The notes: generated by a model from the letters alone, not told the origin. A DNA stretch of 64,000 nt from an uncultured Pelagibacteraceae bacterium (GCA_902550805.1 CACDAL010000003.1:8929-72928); one strand, 5' to 3'. Shown: positions 30,710-41,364, numbered from the stretch's first letter. Numbers and translations: made by a program.

Positions 30710-32172
30710 TTATTTTTTTTTCTTAATAAAGGAAAAGCAAGTGCAATTAAAGACAAAATAAAGAATGTTAGCGCTATAGGTCTAGTTAAAAACATAAACC
30801 AATTACCATCAAATATAACTAATGATTGTCTTAAAGTTCCTTCTACTAATTCACCTAAAATTAACCCAATTATTACGGGAACTACTGAAAAACCATATCT
30901 TCTCATAAAAAAACCTATTACACCAAATGAAAGCATTATCCATACATCTAATAAAGATTGGCTAAGTGAATAAGTTCCACATACTGAAACAGCAAATATC
31001 ATTGGCCATAAAAGTTTATTTGGTACCAATGTAATTCTTGCAAAAATTTTAGCTCCAAAAAAACCTAGAACAAAAAACATTATATTTGCAATTAGCATTG
31101 ATCCAAATATTCCATAAAGGAATTCTGGTTGTTCTCTAAACAAATCAGGTCCTGGTCTTACGCCATGAATAATTAATCCTGTTAATATAACCGCTGTTGT
31201 GGCACTTCCTGGAATTCCAAGTGCAAGTGTTGGTACCATTGCTCCACCTGTTGCAGCATTATTAGCAGCTTCTGCACCAGCTATACCTTCTATAGAGCCT
31301 TTGCCAAAATCTTCTGGTTTTTTTGACCATCTCTTAGCCTCTGAATATCCAATCAAAGAAGCAACTGTTCCTCCTTCTGCGGGAAGCACTCCAATAAATG
31401 ATCCTATCCCTGATGATCTTAAAATAGTTTTCCAAGTTAACTTATAATCAAGTAGAGATGGTAGCTTAACAGCCTTTAATGCTACTCTTTTAAATACTTG
31501 ATCTAATAAAGTAGATTGGGTTAACATTTCACTAATTGCAAACAAACCAACTACTACTGGAATAAATCCAATTCCTACTGACAATTCATTTATTCCATAA
31601 GTAAATCTATCAATTGATGTCATGAAATCTTTACCAACAGTCGATATTAAAATTCCAAAAGCTCCCGCTACTAAATTTTTAATTGGACTACCATCACCAA
31701 TGGAGGCTAACATTGTTAAACCAAAAATAGCTAAAGCAAAATATTCGGGTTGTCCAAATTCATATGCTAATTTTGCAAGAAATGGAGCAAAAAAAACTAG
31801 TACTATTACACTAAATATACCACCAGCCACACTTGAAACTGTTGCCATTCCTAGAGCTCTGCCTGCTTCTCCTTTTTGGGCTAAAGGATATCCATCCAAA
31901 CAAGTTGCTGCTGCGGCTGGGGTTCCTGGTGTATTAATTAATATTGCTGTAATTGCTCCACCGTAAGTACCGGCACAATAAATTGAAGTTAAAAGAACAA
32001 CGGCAGAAAGAGGATCTAACGTCATTGTAAAAGGTAAAATTAATGCACCACCAGTAGTTGGTCCAAGACCTGGAAGTACCCCGAGAACTAATCCAAACAA
32101 TGTACCAAAAAATAAAACTAATAATAGCTTAGAGCTAAATAAAGGAGCCATCATTAACGATAAATTTTCCAT
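30706..32172 (-). CDS. Tripartite tricarboxylate transporter large permease TctA
   Basis: [40 protein letters not shown]. Confidence 0.93.
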   Translation of the reverse strand: MENLSLMMAPLFSSKLLLVLFFGTLFGLVLGVLPGLGPTTGGALILPFTMTLDPLSAVVLLTSIYCAGTYGGAITAILINTPGTPAAAATCLDGYPLAQKGEAGRALGMATVSSVAGGIFSVIVLVFFAPFLAKLAYEFGQPEYFALAIFGLTMLASIGDGSPIKNLVAGAFGILISTVGKDFMTSIDRFTYGINELSVGIGFIPVVVGLFAISEMLTQSTLLDQVFKRVALKAVKLPSLLDYKLTWKTILRSSGIGSFIGVLPAEGGTVASLIGYSEAKRWSKKPEDFGKGSIEGIAGAEAANNAATGGAMVPTLALGIPGSATTAVILTGLIIHGVRPGPDLFREQPEFLYGIFGSMLIANIMFFVLGFFGAKIFARITLVPNKLLWPMIFAVSVCGTYSLSQSLLDVWIMLSFGVIGFFMRRYGFSVVPVIIGLILGELVEGTLRQSLVIFDGNWFMFLTRPIALTFFILSLIALAFPLLRKKNK

Positions 32173-32173
32173 C

Positions 32174-32683
32174 TTAATAATAATATAAGTTTGTAATAAT
32201 CCCTCCGGGAAATCTTAATCCCAATATTGTTTCAAAAAAAATAAATACAATTATTGGAAAAATAATACTAACTAGTAATAAATATAATACTCTTCTTTCT
32301 CCCCAGTAGTAGGAAACAAAAATTGATAAAATCGAAATAGCTAAAAAGAAATCTATATATTTTGAAACAACAACAAATAAAACAAAGTTAAATAATGTTA
32401 TAAAAAAAGCTTTAGGTAATTTTTTTTCTAACTTCCAAGGTTTTTTAGTAGACAAATAATATATTACAGAAGTTAGAACAATTATTAATACCAATAATGC
32501 TTTTGGAAATGTAGCTGGTTGAATCCCTCTATTTAAGATCGGAGGAACTATATCAAATGAAAATGTTTGTATTAATAAAATTGCTGAAATAGTTATTATT
32601 ACAAAACAAACTTTGAAAGCATCACCAATAAAAAAGGGCAAACTTTTTTTGTTTGCCCTTTTTTTTGTTCGTACATTATTCAT
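32174..32683 (-). CDS. TTT small permease TctB
   Basis: About 4 TM segments, P..FP, F...LG..FP.G; lies between tctC and tctA. Confidence 0.85.
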   Translation of the reverse strand: MNNVRTKKRANKKSLPFFIGDAFKVCFVIITISAILLIQTFSFDIVPPILNRGIQPATFPKALLVLIIVLTSVIYYLSTKKPWKLEKKLPKAFFITLFNFVLFVVVSKYIDFFLAISILSIFVSYYWGERRVLYLLLVSIIFPIIVFIFFETILGLRFPGGIITNLYYY

Positions 32684-32706
32684 TTAAAAAAATGTACAGT
32701 TTAAAA

Positions 32707-33678
32707 TTACTTAATGTAACCCAAAGCTTTAAGTTGTGATGACATTTCTGCTAACATCACTTCCATTTGCTTGCCCCACTCATCAGCACCAACTACGCTA
32801 GTAGCGTCAAGACCAATGTCTGTTAAAAAACTTTGGAAATATTTGTGTTCCATTGCTTTTATCATAGCGTCTTCTAATGTTTTCGCTCTTTCTGATGACA
32901 CGCCTTTTTTAGTTACAAATCCTCTAACTGTAGAAAGAACCACAGGGATACCTAGTTCAGTAGCTGTAGGAACGTTATTTAGTTTTTCCATTCTCTTGCT
33001 AGCTAATACTACTGCAACACATAATGTTCCATCTTCAATTTCTGTAACAGCTTCACCTAAGTTTAAAACACCTACATCTATATCGCCTTTGATTAAGTTT
33101 GTTTTAATTGGTGCAACACCTTTGTATGCTACAATTGTAGGATCTGTTAAATTACCTTTTTTTGTAAAAGCAATCGCACTTACATCATCAATACCACCAA
33201 CGTGAGTAGTTCCATATTTAAGTGATTTTGATTTTTGTGCACTAACAAATTTCTTAGCATCTTTGATATCATTTTTACAATTTACTACAAATAACTGAGG
33301 ATCATCTGTTCCTCTAGCTAAAGGTTGCATGTCGCTCAATTTAACTTTTGTTTTTCCAAGAGCCATTGAAACTGCATGACCTGTCGTCCAAGTTAAAGTA
33401 TGCTGACCATCTGCTGGTAATGTCATCATATAATCCATAGATGCTGCTCCACCACCACCTTTTTTATTTACTAGTTGCATGTCTTGTTTAAGATATCTTC
33501 TAGTTCTTAGAAGCATCATTCTTGTAGTAACGTCAGTACCACCACCAAAACCAGCGTGAGTAATCGCTTGGATAGCTCCATCTGCTTTTGCAGATGTAGT
33601 TAAAATAGGTAATGCTACAGCAAAAACTTCAGTTACTAAAACTGCCGTTGCTAATAAAAGTTTAAAACTTTTTTTCAT
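32707..33678 (-). CDS. TTT substrate-binding protein TctC (Bug family)
   Basis: Signal peptide, GGGTD, VNKKGGGG, AYKG, VPTATELG. Confidence 0.88.
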   Translation of the reverse strand: MKKSFKLLLATAVLVTEVFAVALPILTTSAKADGAIQAITHAGFGGGTDVTTRMMLLRTRRYLKQDMQLVNKKGGGGAASMDYMMTLPADGQHTLTWTTGHAVSMALGKTKVKLSDMQPLARGTDDPQLFVVNCKNDIKDAKKFVSAQKSKSLKYGTTHVGGIDDVSAIAFTKKGNLTDPTIVAYKGVAPIKTNLIKGDIDVGVLNLGEAVTEIEDGTLCVAVVLASKRMEKLNNVPTATELGIPVVLSTVRGFVTKKGVSSERAKTLEDAMIKAMEHKYFQSFLTDIGLDATSVVGADEWGKQMEVMLAEMSSQLKALGYIK

Positions 33679-33746
33679 TATTTCCCTCTTTTGTTAATTT
33701 ATAATTAATTATTTAAACATAATCTGATACAAAGCTTAAGAAAAAA

Positions 33747-34742
33747 ATGGCCCAAAATAAAATTAATATTGCATTACTTCTTGGTGATCCATCTGGTATC
33801 GGGCCAGAATTAGTATCTAAATTACTAAAAGAGGAAATTACAAACAAAGCTAATTTAGTAATCATTGGTGAAAAAAATATTTTTGAAGAAGGAAATAAAA
33901 TATCTGGATATTCTCATGATTTGGAAACTGTAAATAGTTTTGATGAAATTGATTTTAAAAATAAAAGTAGATTTTTTTTAGATATTTCTAAAGGTAAAAA
34001 TCATAACTATAAAATTGCGAAACCTTCAAAAGAGTCTGGTGAAAGTATATTGGAAGCTCTTTACCTTGCATTAGAATTAGCAAAAGAAAATAAAATTGAT
34101 GCTATCAATTTTGCTCCATTTAACAAAACTAGTTTAAAACTTGGAGGAAATAAATATTCGGATGAGTTGCAATTAATGGCAGATAAACTGGATGTAAAAA
34201 GTTTTTGTTGCGAGTTTAATGTTATAGATAATTTTTGGACAGCGAGAGTTACATCTCATATTCCTATTAAAGAAGTTGCTAGCCAAATAACAAAAGAAAA
34301 CATTTTAAAACCAATTAAACTAATTAATGAAGTTATGGAATTAAATGGAGTAAAAAATCCAAGGATTGCTGTTCAAGCTCTTAATCCTCATGCAGAATTT
34401 GGAACTGAGGAAAAAGATGAAATTATTCCTGCGATAGAAGAGGCAAAAAAACTTGGTTTAAATACAGATGGACCATTGCCTTGCGACACATCTTTTGTAG
34501 TGGCTTATAAAAATAAAAAACATGACTGTATGGTTGGTATGTATCACGATGCTTTACAATCCGGTCTTAAAGCTTTTGGTTTTGATAGGGGTGTGACAGT
34601 TCAAGGTGGCTTAACAGTGCCCATTACAACCACAGCTCATGGATCTGCTTTCGAAATAGCTGGAAAAAATATAGCAAATTTAGAACCTTTATTAAATTCA
34701 TTTAAAATTGCTTTATCAATGGCTGAAAACAAAAAAAATTAA
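33747..34742 (+). CDS. PdxA-family oxidative decarboxylase (PdxA2/TphB-like)
   Basis: GDPSGIGPE, APFNK, VTSH, LNPHA, GPLPCDT, MYHD, HG.AF.IAG. Confidence 0.85.
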   Translation: MAQNKINIALLLGDPSGIGPELVSKLLKEEITNKANLVIIGEKNIFEEGNKISGYSHDLETVNSFDEIDFKNKSRFFLDISKGKNHNYKIAKPSKESGESILEALYLALELAKENKIDAINFAPFNKTSLKLGGNKYSDELQLMADKLDVKSFCCEFNVIDNFWTARVTSHIPIKEVASQITKENILKPIKLINEVMELNGVKNPRIAVQALNPHAEFGTEEKDEIIPAIEEAKKLGLNTDGPLPCDTSFVVAYKNKKHDCMVGMYHDALQSGLKAFGFDRGVTVQGGLTVPITTTAHGSAFEIAGKNIANLEPLLNSFKIALSMAENKKN

Positions 34743-34786
34743 AATTATTAATATTCATCAACCTTATTTGAAAAGTAATAGAATAC

Positions 34787-35944
34787 TTAATTTAATAATT
34801 TTCTAACTTCTTGTTCGGTAAATCTTTTTGGAATTTTACAAATTGTTTTTATTTTTTGTTTTTTACCCGTCTTACAAGCTTTCATGGTTGATTGAATAAT
34901 GTCTAAAACATGTAGTGATAATTCGCCACTGCATCTATGTTTTTTTTTATTTTCTATACAATAAGCCATTTCAGCTAAACCTGCTCCTCTGTAATTTGCA
35001 TTTGTTGGTGATTCGTTTGCTCTTAAACTTTTGGTTCTAATATTAATCTTTCCAAGTGGCATTTTTTCAGTCATATATTTTTTCCACGGATTTCCCAATT
35101 TTTTACAGGTATAAACAGATCCGCCAAACATATTAGGATCAGGAACTATTAAAGACCCTTTGTTTCCATATAATTCAATATGATTTCTTTTATGTGCAAT
35201 TACATCAAAAGATAAAGTTAATCTTATAATTGTGTTATTTTTAAAAACTAGTGTTGATAAATATGTCGTAGGACATTCAACCTTAAAATTTTTACCCTTT
35301 TTAGGTCCTATACCAATGGTTCTATAGTTAACTCCTCTCATTACGCTCCCGCTAACTTCTTTAGCCGGGCCTAATAAATTTACCAGTGCAGTTAAATAAT
35401 AAGGCCCCATATCTATTACAGGACCTCCTTCTTTTTGTGCAAACCAAGGTTCTGGATTTGGATGGTAAGATTGAATTCCTGGAAATGCGAAAATTGCATT
35501 TCCTAAATTTATTTTACCAATTTCATTTTTTTCCAAAAGTTCTTTGGACTTTTGGTTTCCCCCTCCTAAAAAAGTGTCAGGAGCATTACCTATGTATAGT
35601 TTATTTTTTTTTGCAATTTTTAATAACTCTTTGCCATTTTTTAAATTGATTGCCATTGGTTTTTCTGAATAAACATGTTTGTTATGTAAAAGAGCTTTTT
35701 TTGCTACTATATAATGCGCCTTAGGTATTGTGAGATTTAGAATTATTTCAACTTCTTTATCATTTAGCATTTCATTAACATTTAAATATTTTATTCCATA
35801 TTTATTTGCACATTTTTTTGCAACTTTGTAATTTATATCGGCGCATTTTATTATCTTAATGTTGTTAAAATATTTTTGAGCTCTAAAATATGTTTCAGCT
35901 ATATGACCACAGCCGATCAATCCTATTTTATAAACCTTATTCAT
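34787..35944 (-). CDS. Gfo/Idh/MocA oxidoreductase
   Basis: GCGHIA, NLTIP.AH, SEKP, APDTFLG, GGP..DMGPYY. Confidence 0.9.
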   Translation of the reverse strand: MNKVYKIGLIGCGHIAETYFRAQKYFNNIKIIKCADINYKVAKKCANKYGIKYLNVNEMLNDKEVEIILNLTIPKAHYIVAKKALLHNKHVYSEKPMAINLKNGKELLKIAKKNKLYIGNAPDTFLGGGNQKSKELLEKNEIGKINLGNAIFAFPGIQSYHPNPEPWFAQKEGGPVIDMGPYYLTALVNLLGPAKEVSGSVMRGVNYRTIGIGPKKGKNFKVECPTTYLSTLVFKNNTIIRLTLSFDVIAHKRNHIELYGNKGSLIVPDPNMFGGSVYTCKKLGNPWKKYMTEKMPLGKINIRTKSLRANESPTNANYRGAGLAEMAYCIENKKKHRCSGELSLHVLDIIQSTMKACKTGKKQKIKTICKIPKRFTEQEVRKLLN

Positions 35945-35952
35945 GAAAAAGA

Positions 35953-37797
35953 CTAAACACCTTGTCTTTGTTTAGACTTACCCTCTTTGTGAAGTTTTAA
36001 AGCTTCTTCGTTCTCTTTTGTGTTTGGTATTTCTAAAGTTGGACTTTCCCAATAAGCAGACCCTTCTAACCATTCGTATGAGTGAGTTTTGATTGATACA
36101 ACATATGTTACATCAGATTTTTTAGCTCTTTTAAATGCTTCTTCTAATTCAGAAATAGACGAAACTTCTTCCGACTTTGCTCCCATGCTTGCTGCATGTT
36201 GAGCAAAATTTACTGGTACAAGATTTGGCGCTTTTGAGCTTTTGAATTGACAATTAAATTCTTTTCCACCTTTAAATAATTGAAGTCTATTAATTACTGC
36301 ATGTCCTCCATTATCACATACTATTATAATTAATTTATTATTAGTTATTACAGAAGAATATATATCTGAATTATGTAAAAGGTAAGATCCATCACCTACG
36401 AAAACAATCACATCTTTTTCGTGATTAGCCATTTTAATTCCTAAAGCTCCAGAAATTTCATAACCCATGCAACTAAAACCCCATTCCGTTTCATGAGTAT
36501 TAAGTTCTCTTGGTCTCCAAATTTGAACGACTTCTCCCACAAGTCCTCCGGCAGCTGTTACTGCTATATCTGTAGGGTCAGATTTTCTGTATATAGCGCC
36601 TACAGCATGTGCATAACTTGGAACTTCTTGATTAGTTGGTCCGCTTTCTTTATCAACATATTCATTCCAAGATTTAAGTTCATTTCTTGATTTTTTATAC
36701 CAATCATCTGAAGCTTTCCAATTTCCTAAAGCTTGGGACAATTCTATTAAAGAAACTTTTGCATCTCCAATAACTGCTTGAGCAAGATGTTTGTTAGCAT
36801 CATGACGTGTAATATTTAATGAAATTAATCCAAAATCTGGATTTTCAAAATTTGTCCAGGAACCTGTCGTAAAATCTGCTAGTTTTGTTCCTACAGCAAT
36901 AGCCAGGTCAGTTTTTTTTGCTAAATTATTTGCAGCTTTACCACCCAACCCTCCTATTGGTCCTAAAAAATGAGAGTGATCTCTTTTCATTGTAGAATAT
37001 CCCATTACAGTTTGTGTAACTGGAATATTATGCTTTGCTGCAAATGAACCAAGCTCTTCCATTGCTTCAGAATAAAAAACACCACCACCAGATATAATAA
37101 TTGGATTTTTTGAATTTTTTATTTTTTCTGCCGCTTCTTTAATTTGAAAATCATCCGGTTTTGGTCTTCTAATACTATGTATTCTTTCACTAAAAAATTC
37201 TTCAGGATAATCGTAGACTTCTCCTTGTGTATCTTGGCACAAAGATAAACACGCTGGTCCACTGTCGGCAGGATCCAGCATGGTTTGGACTGCTTGAGGT
37301 AAAGATTGTAAAATTTGTTCTGGACGAGTTATTCTATCAAAATATTTTGTAACCGGCTTAAAAGCATCATTAGCAGTTATTCCTGGATTGTTAAAATGTT
37401 CTACTTGTTGTAAAACTGGATCTGGCATTCTGTTAGCATATGTATCTCCTGGTAAAAATAATACTGGTAATCTATTACTCATAGCAACTGCCGATGCTGT
37501 GATTAAGTTTGTTGAACCAGGGCCAACTGAGCTTGTCACTACAAAAATTTGTTTTCTTCTTTTTGCCCTTGCATAGGCAATTCCGGTTAAAGCCATATTT
37601 TGCTCATGATGACCTCTATAGGTTGGAAGTTTATCCTGATTTTCTTGGAGAGCTTGACCTAAACACGCAACATTACCATGTCCAAATATTCCAAAAGCAC
37701 CTGGGAACAAAGGTTCTTTTTTACCATCTATTAAAATCTTTTGGGATATAAGATATTTTATAATAGCATGAGAACATGTAAGCTTTATTTTTTTCAT
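35953..37797 (-). CDS. iolD: THcHDO acylhydrolase (ThDP-dependent, inositol catabolism)
   Basis: IFGHGNV, PDPVLQQVE, FDRITRPEQ, GFSCMGYEI, ThDP motif GDGSYL...DNGG, INRLQ. Confidence 0.93.
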   Translation of the reverse strand: MKKIKLTCSHAIIKYLISQKILIDGKKEPLFPGAFGIFGHGNVACLGQALQENQDKLPTYRGHHEQNMALTGIAYARAKRRKQIFVVTSSVGPGSTNLITASAVAMSNRLPVLFLPGDTYANRMPDPVLQQVEHFNNPGITANDAFKPVTKYFDRITRPEQILQSLPQAVQTMLDPADSGPACLSLCQDTQGEVYDYPEEFFSERIHSIRRPKPDDFQIKEAAEKIKNSKNPIIISGGGVFYSEAMEELGSFAAKHNIPVTQTVMGYSTMKRDHSHFLGPIGGLGGKAANNLAKKTDLAIAVGTKLADFTTGSWTNFENPDFGLISLNITRHDANKHLAQAVIGDAKVSLIELSQALGNWKASDDWYKKSRNELKSWNEYVDKESGPTNQEVPSYAHAVGAIYRKSDPTDIAVTAAGGLVGEVVQIWRPRELNTHETEWGFSCMGYEISGALGIKMANHEKDVIVFVGDGSYLLHNSDIYSSVITNNKLIIIVCDNGGHAVINRLQLFKGGKEFNCQFKSSKAPNLVPVNFAQHAASMGAKSEEVSSISELEEAFKRAKKSDVTYVVSIKTHSYEWLEGSAYWESPTLEIPNTKENEEALKLHKEGKSKQRQGV

Positions 37798-37867
37798 AAT
37801 TAAATATATAAACTCTCCACGAATAAAATAATTTTATATATAACAATTAAACATAATTTTTTTAAAA

Positions 37868-39310
37868 ATGTATAGCAAATTTGGACAATTCATAGATGGA
37901 AAGTGGCAACAGTCACAAAACAATGAAACTTACGATGTAATAAATCCAGCAACAGAAGAAGTGATTGGAAAAGCATCAAAAGCAGGAGAAGAAGATGTTA
38001 ATAAAGCTCTTAAATCTGCAGAGAAAGGTTTAGAAGTTTGGAGAAAAACTCCTCCTTGGCAACGCGCTAAAATTATCAGAAAAATTGCAGACCTAATGAG
38101 AGAGAAGACAGATGTTTTAGCAAAATGGATGACTCTTGAAGTAGGAAAACCTCTAGCGGAAGCTGCTGGAGAAGTTGGAGGTGCCGCTGACATATTTGAA
38201 TGGAATTCAGAAGAGACTAAAAGGATTTATGGTCAAATTGTAGAAAGTAGATTTGAAAATACAAGAATGTATGTAAAGTATGAACCTGTTGGTGTTGTGG
38301 CTGGTTTAATTCCATGGAACTTTCCAATTGTTTTAGCTTCAAGAAAAATTTCTACAGCTCTAGCAGCTGGATGTTCTGTAATTTGCAAGCCCGATGTAAT
38401 AACTCCGGGAAGTGTAATGGAGTTAATGAATATTATTAACGAAGCTGGAGTGCCTCCGGGTGTAGTTAATTTGTTATCAGGTGACCCAGCAAATATTTCA
38501 TCTCAATTAATATCATCAGACATAATTAAAAAAGTTTCTATAACTGGCTCTACAAGAGTTGGAAAATTAATATTAAAACAAGCAGCTGAAAAAGTTCAAA
38601 GAGTTACTATGGAGTTAAGTGGTCACTCTCCTTTTATTGTATTTGATGATGTAGATATAAATCAAGTAACTGATATGGCAATTACTGCAAAATTCAGAAA
38701 TAATGGTCAAGTATGCATATCTCCAGCAAGATTTTATATTCATGAAAGAAAAAAAGATGAATTTGCAAAAACTTTAGTTGATAAGGTAACCAAATTAAAA
38801 ATTGGTAATGGTATGGATAAAGACACTATATTAGGACCTTTAACTACTGAAAAAAGATTGCTTGAAGTAGAAGCGTTAGCTGAAAAAACAAAACAAGAAG
38901 GAGCCAAAGTTCTATGTGGAGGTAAAAGGCCCGCAGGATTTAATAAAGGTTATTTTTATGAACCAACTATATTTGATGAGGTTAAAGATAACTTTACAAT
39001 TATAAAAGAAGAACCTTTTGGTCCTTTAGTTCCTATTTTAACATTTAAAGATAGAGATGAAGTTATTAAAAGAGCAAATGATAACGATTTAGGTTTAGCA
39101 AGTTATATTTACACAAATTCTCTAGAAAATGCGCATAAAGTTTCTGAAAAAATGGAAACTGGAACATGTGCGGTCAACACTCCTGCTGTTGCTTTTGCCG
39201 AAGTTCCTTTTGGTGGTATTAAGCAAACAGGTTACGGTAGAGAGGGTGGCTCCATGGCTATTAAGGATTACTTAAATATTAAGTATACCCATTTTGGTAT
39301 CAATTATTAA
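37868..39310 (+). CDS. NAD(P)-dependent aldehyde dehydrogenase (succinate-semialdehyde / alpha-ketoglutaric semialdehyde DH-like)
   Basis: PWNFP, TGST.VG, catalytic MELSG and GQVCIS, EEPFGP, PFGGIKQTG.GREG. Confidence 0.88.
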   Translation: MYSKFGQFIDGKWQQSQNNETYDVINPATEEVIGKASKAGEEDVNKALKSAEKGLEVWRKTPPWQRAKIIRKIADLMREKTDVLAKWMTLEVGKPLAEAAGEVGGAADIFEWNSEETKRIYGQIVESRFENTRMYVKYEPVGVVAGLIPWNFPIVLASRKISTALAAGCSVICKPDVITPGSVMELMNIINEAGVPPGVVNLLSGDPANISSQLISSDIIKKVSITGSTRVGKLILKQAAEKVQRVTMELSGHSPFIVFDDVDINQVTDMAITAKFRNNGQVCISPARFYIHERKKDEFAKTLVDKVTKLKIGNGMDKDTILGPLTTEKRLLEVEALAEKTKQEGAKVLCGGKRPAGFNKGYFYEPTIFDEVKDNFTIIKEEPFGPLVPILTFKDRDEVIKRANDNDLGLASYIYTNSLENAHKVSEKMETGTCAVNTPAVAFAEVPFGGIKQTGYGREGGSMAIKDYLNIKYTHFGINY

Positions 39311-40104
39311 TGAGAAAAAACAAAGTAAAACAAATGATGGCTGAGGGCAAGCCAGTCATTAATGGTTGGTGTGCAATCCCAAGTACAGCTTCTTGTGAGG
39401 CTATGGCACATCAAGGTTGGGATTCTCTCACGGTTGATATGCAACATGGTTTAGTTGACTATTCAAGTGCTCTTCCGATGATGCAGACGATTTCTACAAC
39501 AAATGTCACTCCTTTAGCTAGAGTAAACTGGAATGAACCTGGACAAATAATGAAAATTTTAGACGCTGGTTGTTATGGCGTAATTTGTCCGATGGTTAGT
39601 AATAAAGAAGAGGCTGAAAGATTTGTTCAAGCATGTATGTACCCACCAAAAGGATATAGAAGTTTTGGTCCAATAAGAGGTTTAATCTATGGTGGATCTG
39701 ATTATGCAGAACATGCAAATGATGAAATATTAAAATTAGCTATGATTGAAACTGAAGAATCTTTAGAAAAACTAGATGATATAATGTCAACACCTGGTGT
39801 AGATGGTATTTATATAGGTCCAGCAGATTTAAGTTTGGCAATAGGAGAAAAACCTGGATTTGATAGACCAGAAAATTCAAAAGCATATTCTGAAATATTA
39901 AGAATTTTGGATCATGCTAAAAAAAATAATATTTTTGCAGGTATTCATAATGGTACGCCAGAGTATGCAACCAAGATGATCGAAAAAGGTTTTAACTTTG
40001 TGACTATCGCTTCTGATTTAAGAGCGCTAAGTGCTGGTGCTAAATCTGTTGTAGATAAAATGAAGGGATCTTTTTCTAAAAAAGACGACTCAGCAACTTA
40101 TTAA
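39310..40104 (+). CDS. HpcH/HpaI class II pyruvate aldolase
   Basis: DMQHG, ARV, LDAG..GVI.PM, YPP.G.RS.GP, MIET, IGPADL. Confidence 0.9.
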   Translation: MRKNKVKQMMAEGKPVINGWCAIPSTASCEAMAHQGWDSLTVDMQHGLVDYSSALPMMQTISTTNVTPLARVNWNEPGQIMKILDAGCYGVICPMVSNKEEAERFVQACMYPPKGYRSFGPIRGLIYGGSDYAEHANDEILKLAMIETEESLEKLDDIMSTPGVDGIYIGPADLSLAIGEKPGFDRPENSKAYSEILRILDHAKKNNIFAGIHNGTPEYATKMIEKGFNFVTIASDLRALSAGAKSVVDKMKGSFSKKDDSATY

Positions 40105-40916
40105 TCTAATTTATTTAAAAACTCCTCGAACTGTTTTTTATCTAAATTAGACGATTGTTTTTTTCCTGGAAATTTTCCACTTATCGATTCTTTTTTAAAT
40201 GCTTTTAATGCTCTTATTCTCTCATATTTAATTTCATTTCGTAATTTTAAAATATTACCAAAAGCTTTGGCATGTCTTGGAGGATTTTCACTATCTCCAC
40301 ATATATCTTCCATAAATAAATACATTACATCGGCATTTCTTCCGGCTCCTAAAGATACTGTTACGATATTTGTTCTTTTAGAAATTTCACCCATTACATT
40401 TTCTGGTATAACTTCACATTCTGCTGAAAAAGCACCCGCATCTTCTAATCTTTTAAATTTTTGAAATAATTCAATTGCTTCATTTGAAGTTTTTCCTATT
40501 GCCCTCATTCCACCGACCGATGTGGATTTTCTTGGTACTAAACCTAGATGACCCATAACAGGAATATCTTCTTTAGTTAACATTTCAACAACATCCATAC
40601 TTCTAGGCGTCATTACAGCATCAGCACCATTCTCTAGTGCTTTGAACGCTCCTCTCATAATATCTTCGTTTGTTACATATTCATTAAGAATTAAAGAAGC
40701 TGTCAAAAATAAATGTTTAGATCCATCTCTTACTTTTAAAACATTTTTGGCTTGGCAGATAATCATATCAAAACCTGCTTTTTCTGCTGCATCAGCCTCT
40801 TCATTTGAATTTGCTGTTACTTGAGTAAATTTTTTTTTACCTTTTGCTGCTTTTAAATCTGCTACTGTTAAAGTTCGTTTAGCTGGTTGTGCTGCCCAAG
40901 TATAAATATTTTTCAT
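40101..40916 (-). CDS. PanB-like protein (divergent ketopantoate hydroxymethyltransferase fold)
   Basis: Retains PVMGHLGLVP, LEDAGAF...E, LGAG, PRHAK; lacks LVGDS, DMPF and VKLE. Confidence 0.75.
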   Translation of the reverse strand: MKNIYTWAAQPAKRTLTVADLKAAKGKKKFTQVTANSNEEADAAEKAGFDMIICQAKNVLKVRDGSKHLFLTASLILNEYVTNEDIMRGAFKALENGADAVMTPRSMDVVEMLTKEDIPVMGHLGLVPRKSTSVGGMRAIGKTSNEAIELFQKFKRLEDAGAFSAECEVIPENVMGEISKRTNIVTVSLGAGRNADVMYLFMEDICGDSENPPRHAKAFGNILKLRNEIKYERIRALKAFKKESISGKFPGKKQSSNLDKKQFEEFLNKLD

Positions 40917-41329
40917 TAAATGCCTTTGTATAAGATATCTCTTCTGTCAATAAACCCTTCAAAAGTTTTTATTGTTATTACCGAAGGCAAGATAAATATT
41001 GATCTTTTATCTTTTTCATTTCTAATAATTCTGAAAAAACCTTTTTTTATTGCTGTATCTATATAAACATTGGAAGTTAAATAAGATTTTTCAATTACTT
41101 TTAATAATTGGTTTTTAGTAATTGATTTATTTTTATAATAAGCAAGCATTACCATATGCAACATAATCCAATGTTGAGGTGTTAATGAAAACCAATTGAG
41201 CAGTTCATTTTCTAATCTTCCTTCGAAATCACCTAGAGATACTTCTGCTAATTTAATTCTTTTTTGAGTAATTTTTGGAATTTTTTTCTGTTCCTCAAAA
41301 TGTTTAGGGTACTTAAATTGTTTCTTCAT
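40916..41329 (-). CDS. Winged-helix (MarR-like) DNA-binding protein
   Basis: Putative HTH (ITKNQL...SYLTSNVYIDTAIKKGF) followed by wing DKRS.FILP. Confidence 0.6.
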   Translation of the reverse strand: MKKQFKYPKHFEEQKKIPKITQKRIKLAEVSLGDFEGRLENELLNWFSLTPQHWIMLHMVMLAYYKNKSITKNQLLKVIEKSYLTSNVYIDTAIKKGFFRIIRNEKDKRSIFILPSVITIKTFEGFIDRRDILYKGI

Positions 41330-41364
41330 CTTAAAATGTTATCTTAAAGAAAGTTAAATTAATA

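Noticed and set aside
33747-34742. Vitamin B6 biosynthetic pdxA
   Set aside because: Not in the surA/ksgA context, lacks the phosphate-binding motifs, and is linked to a catabolic transporter.
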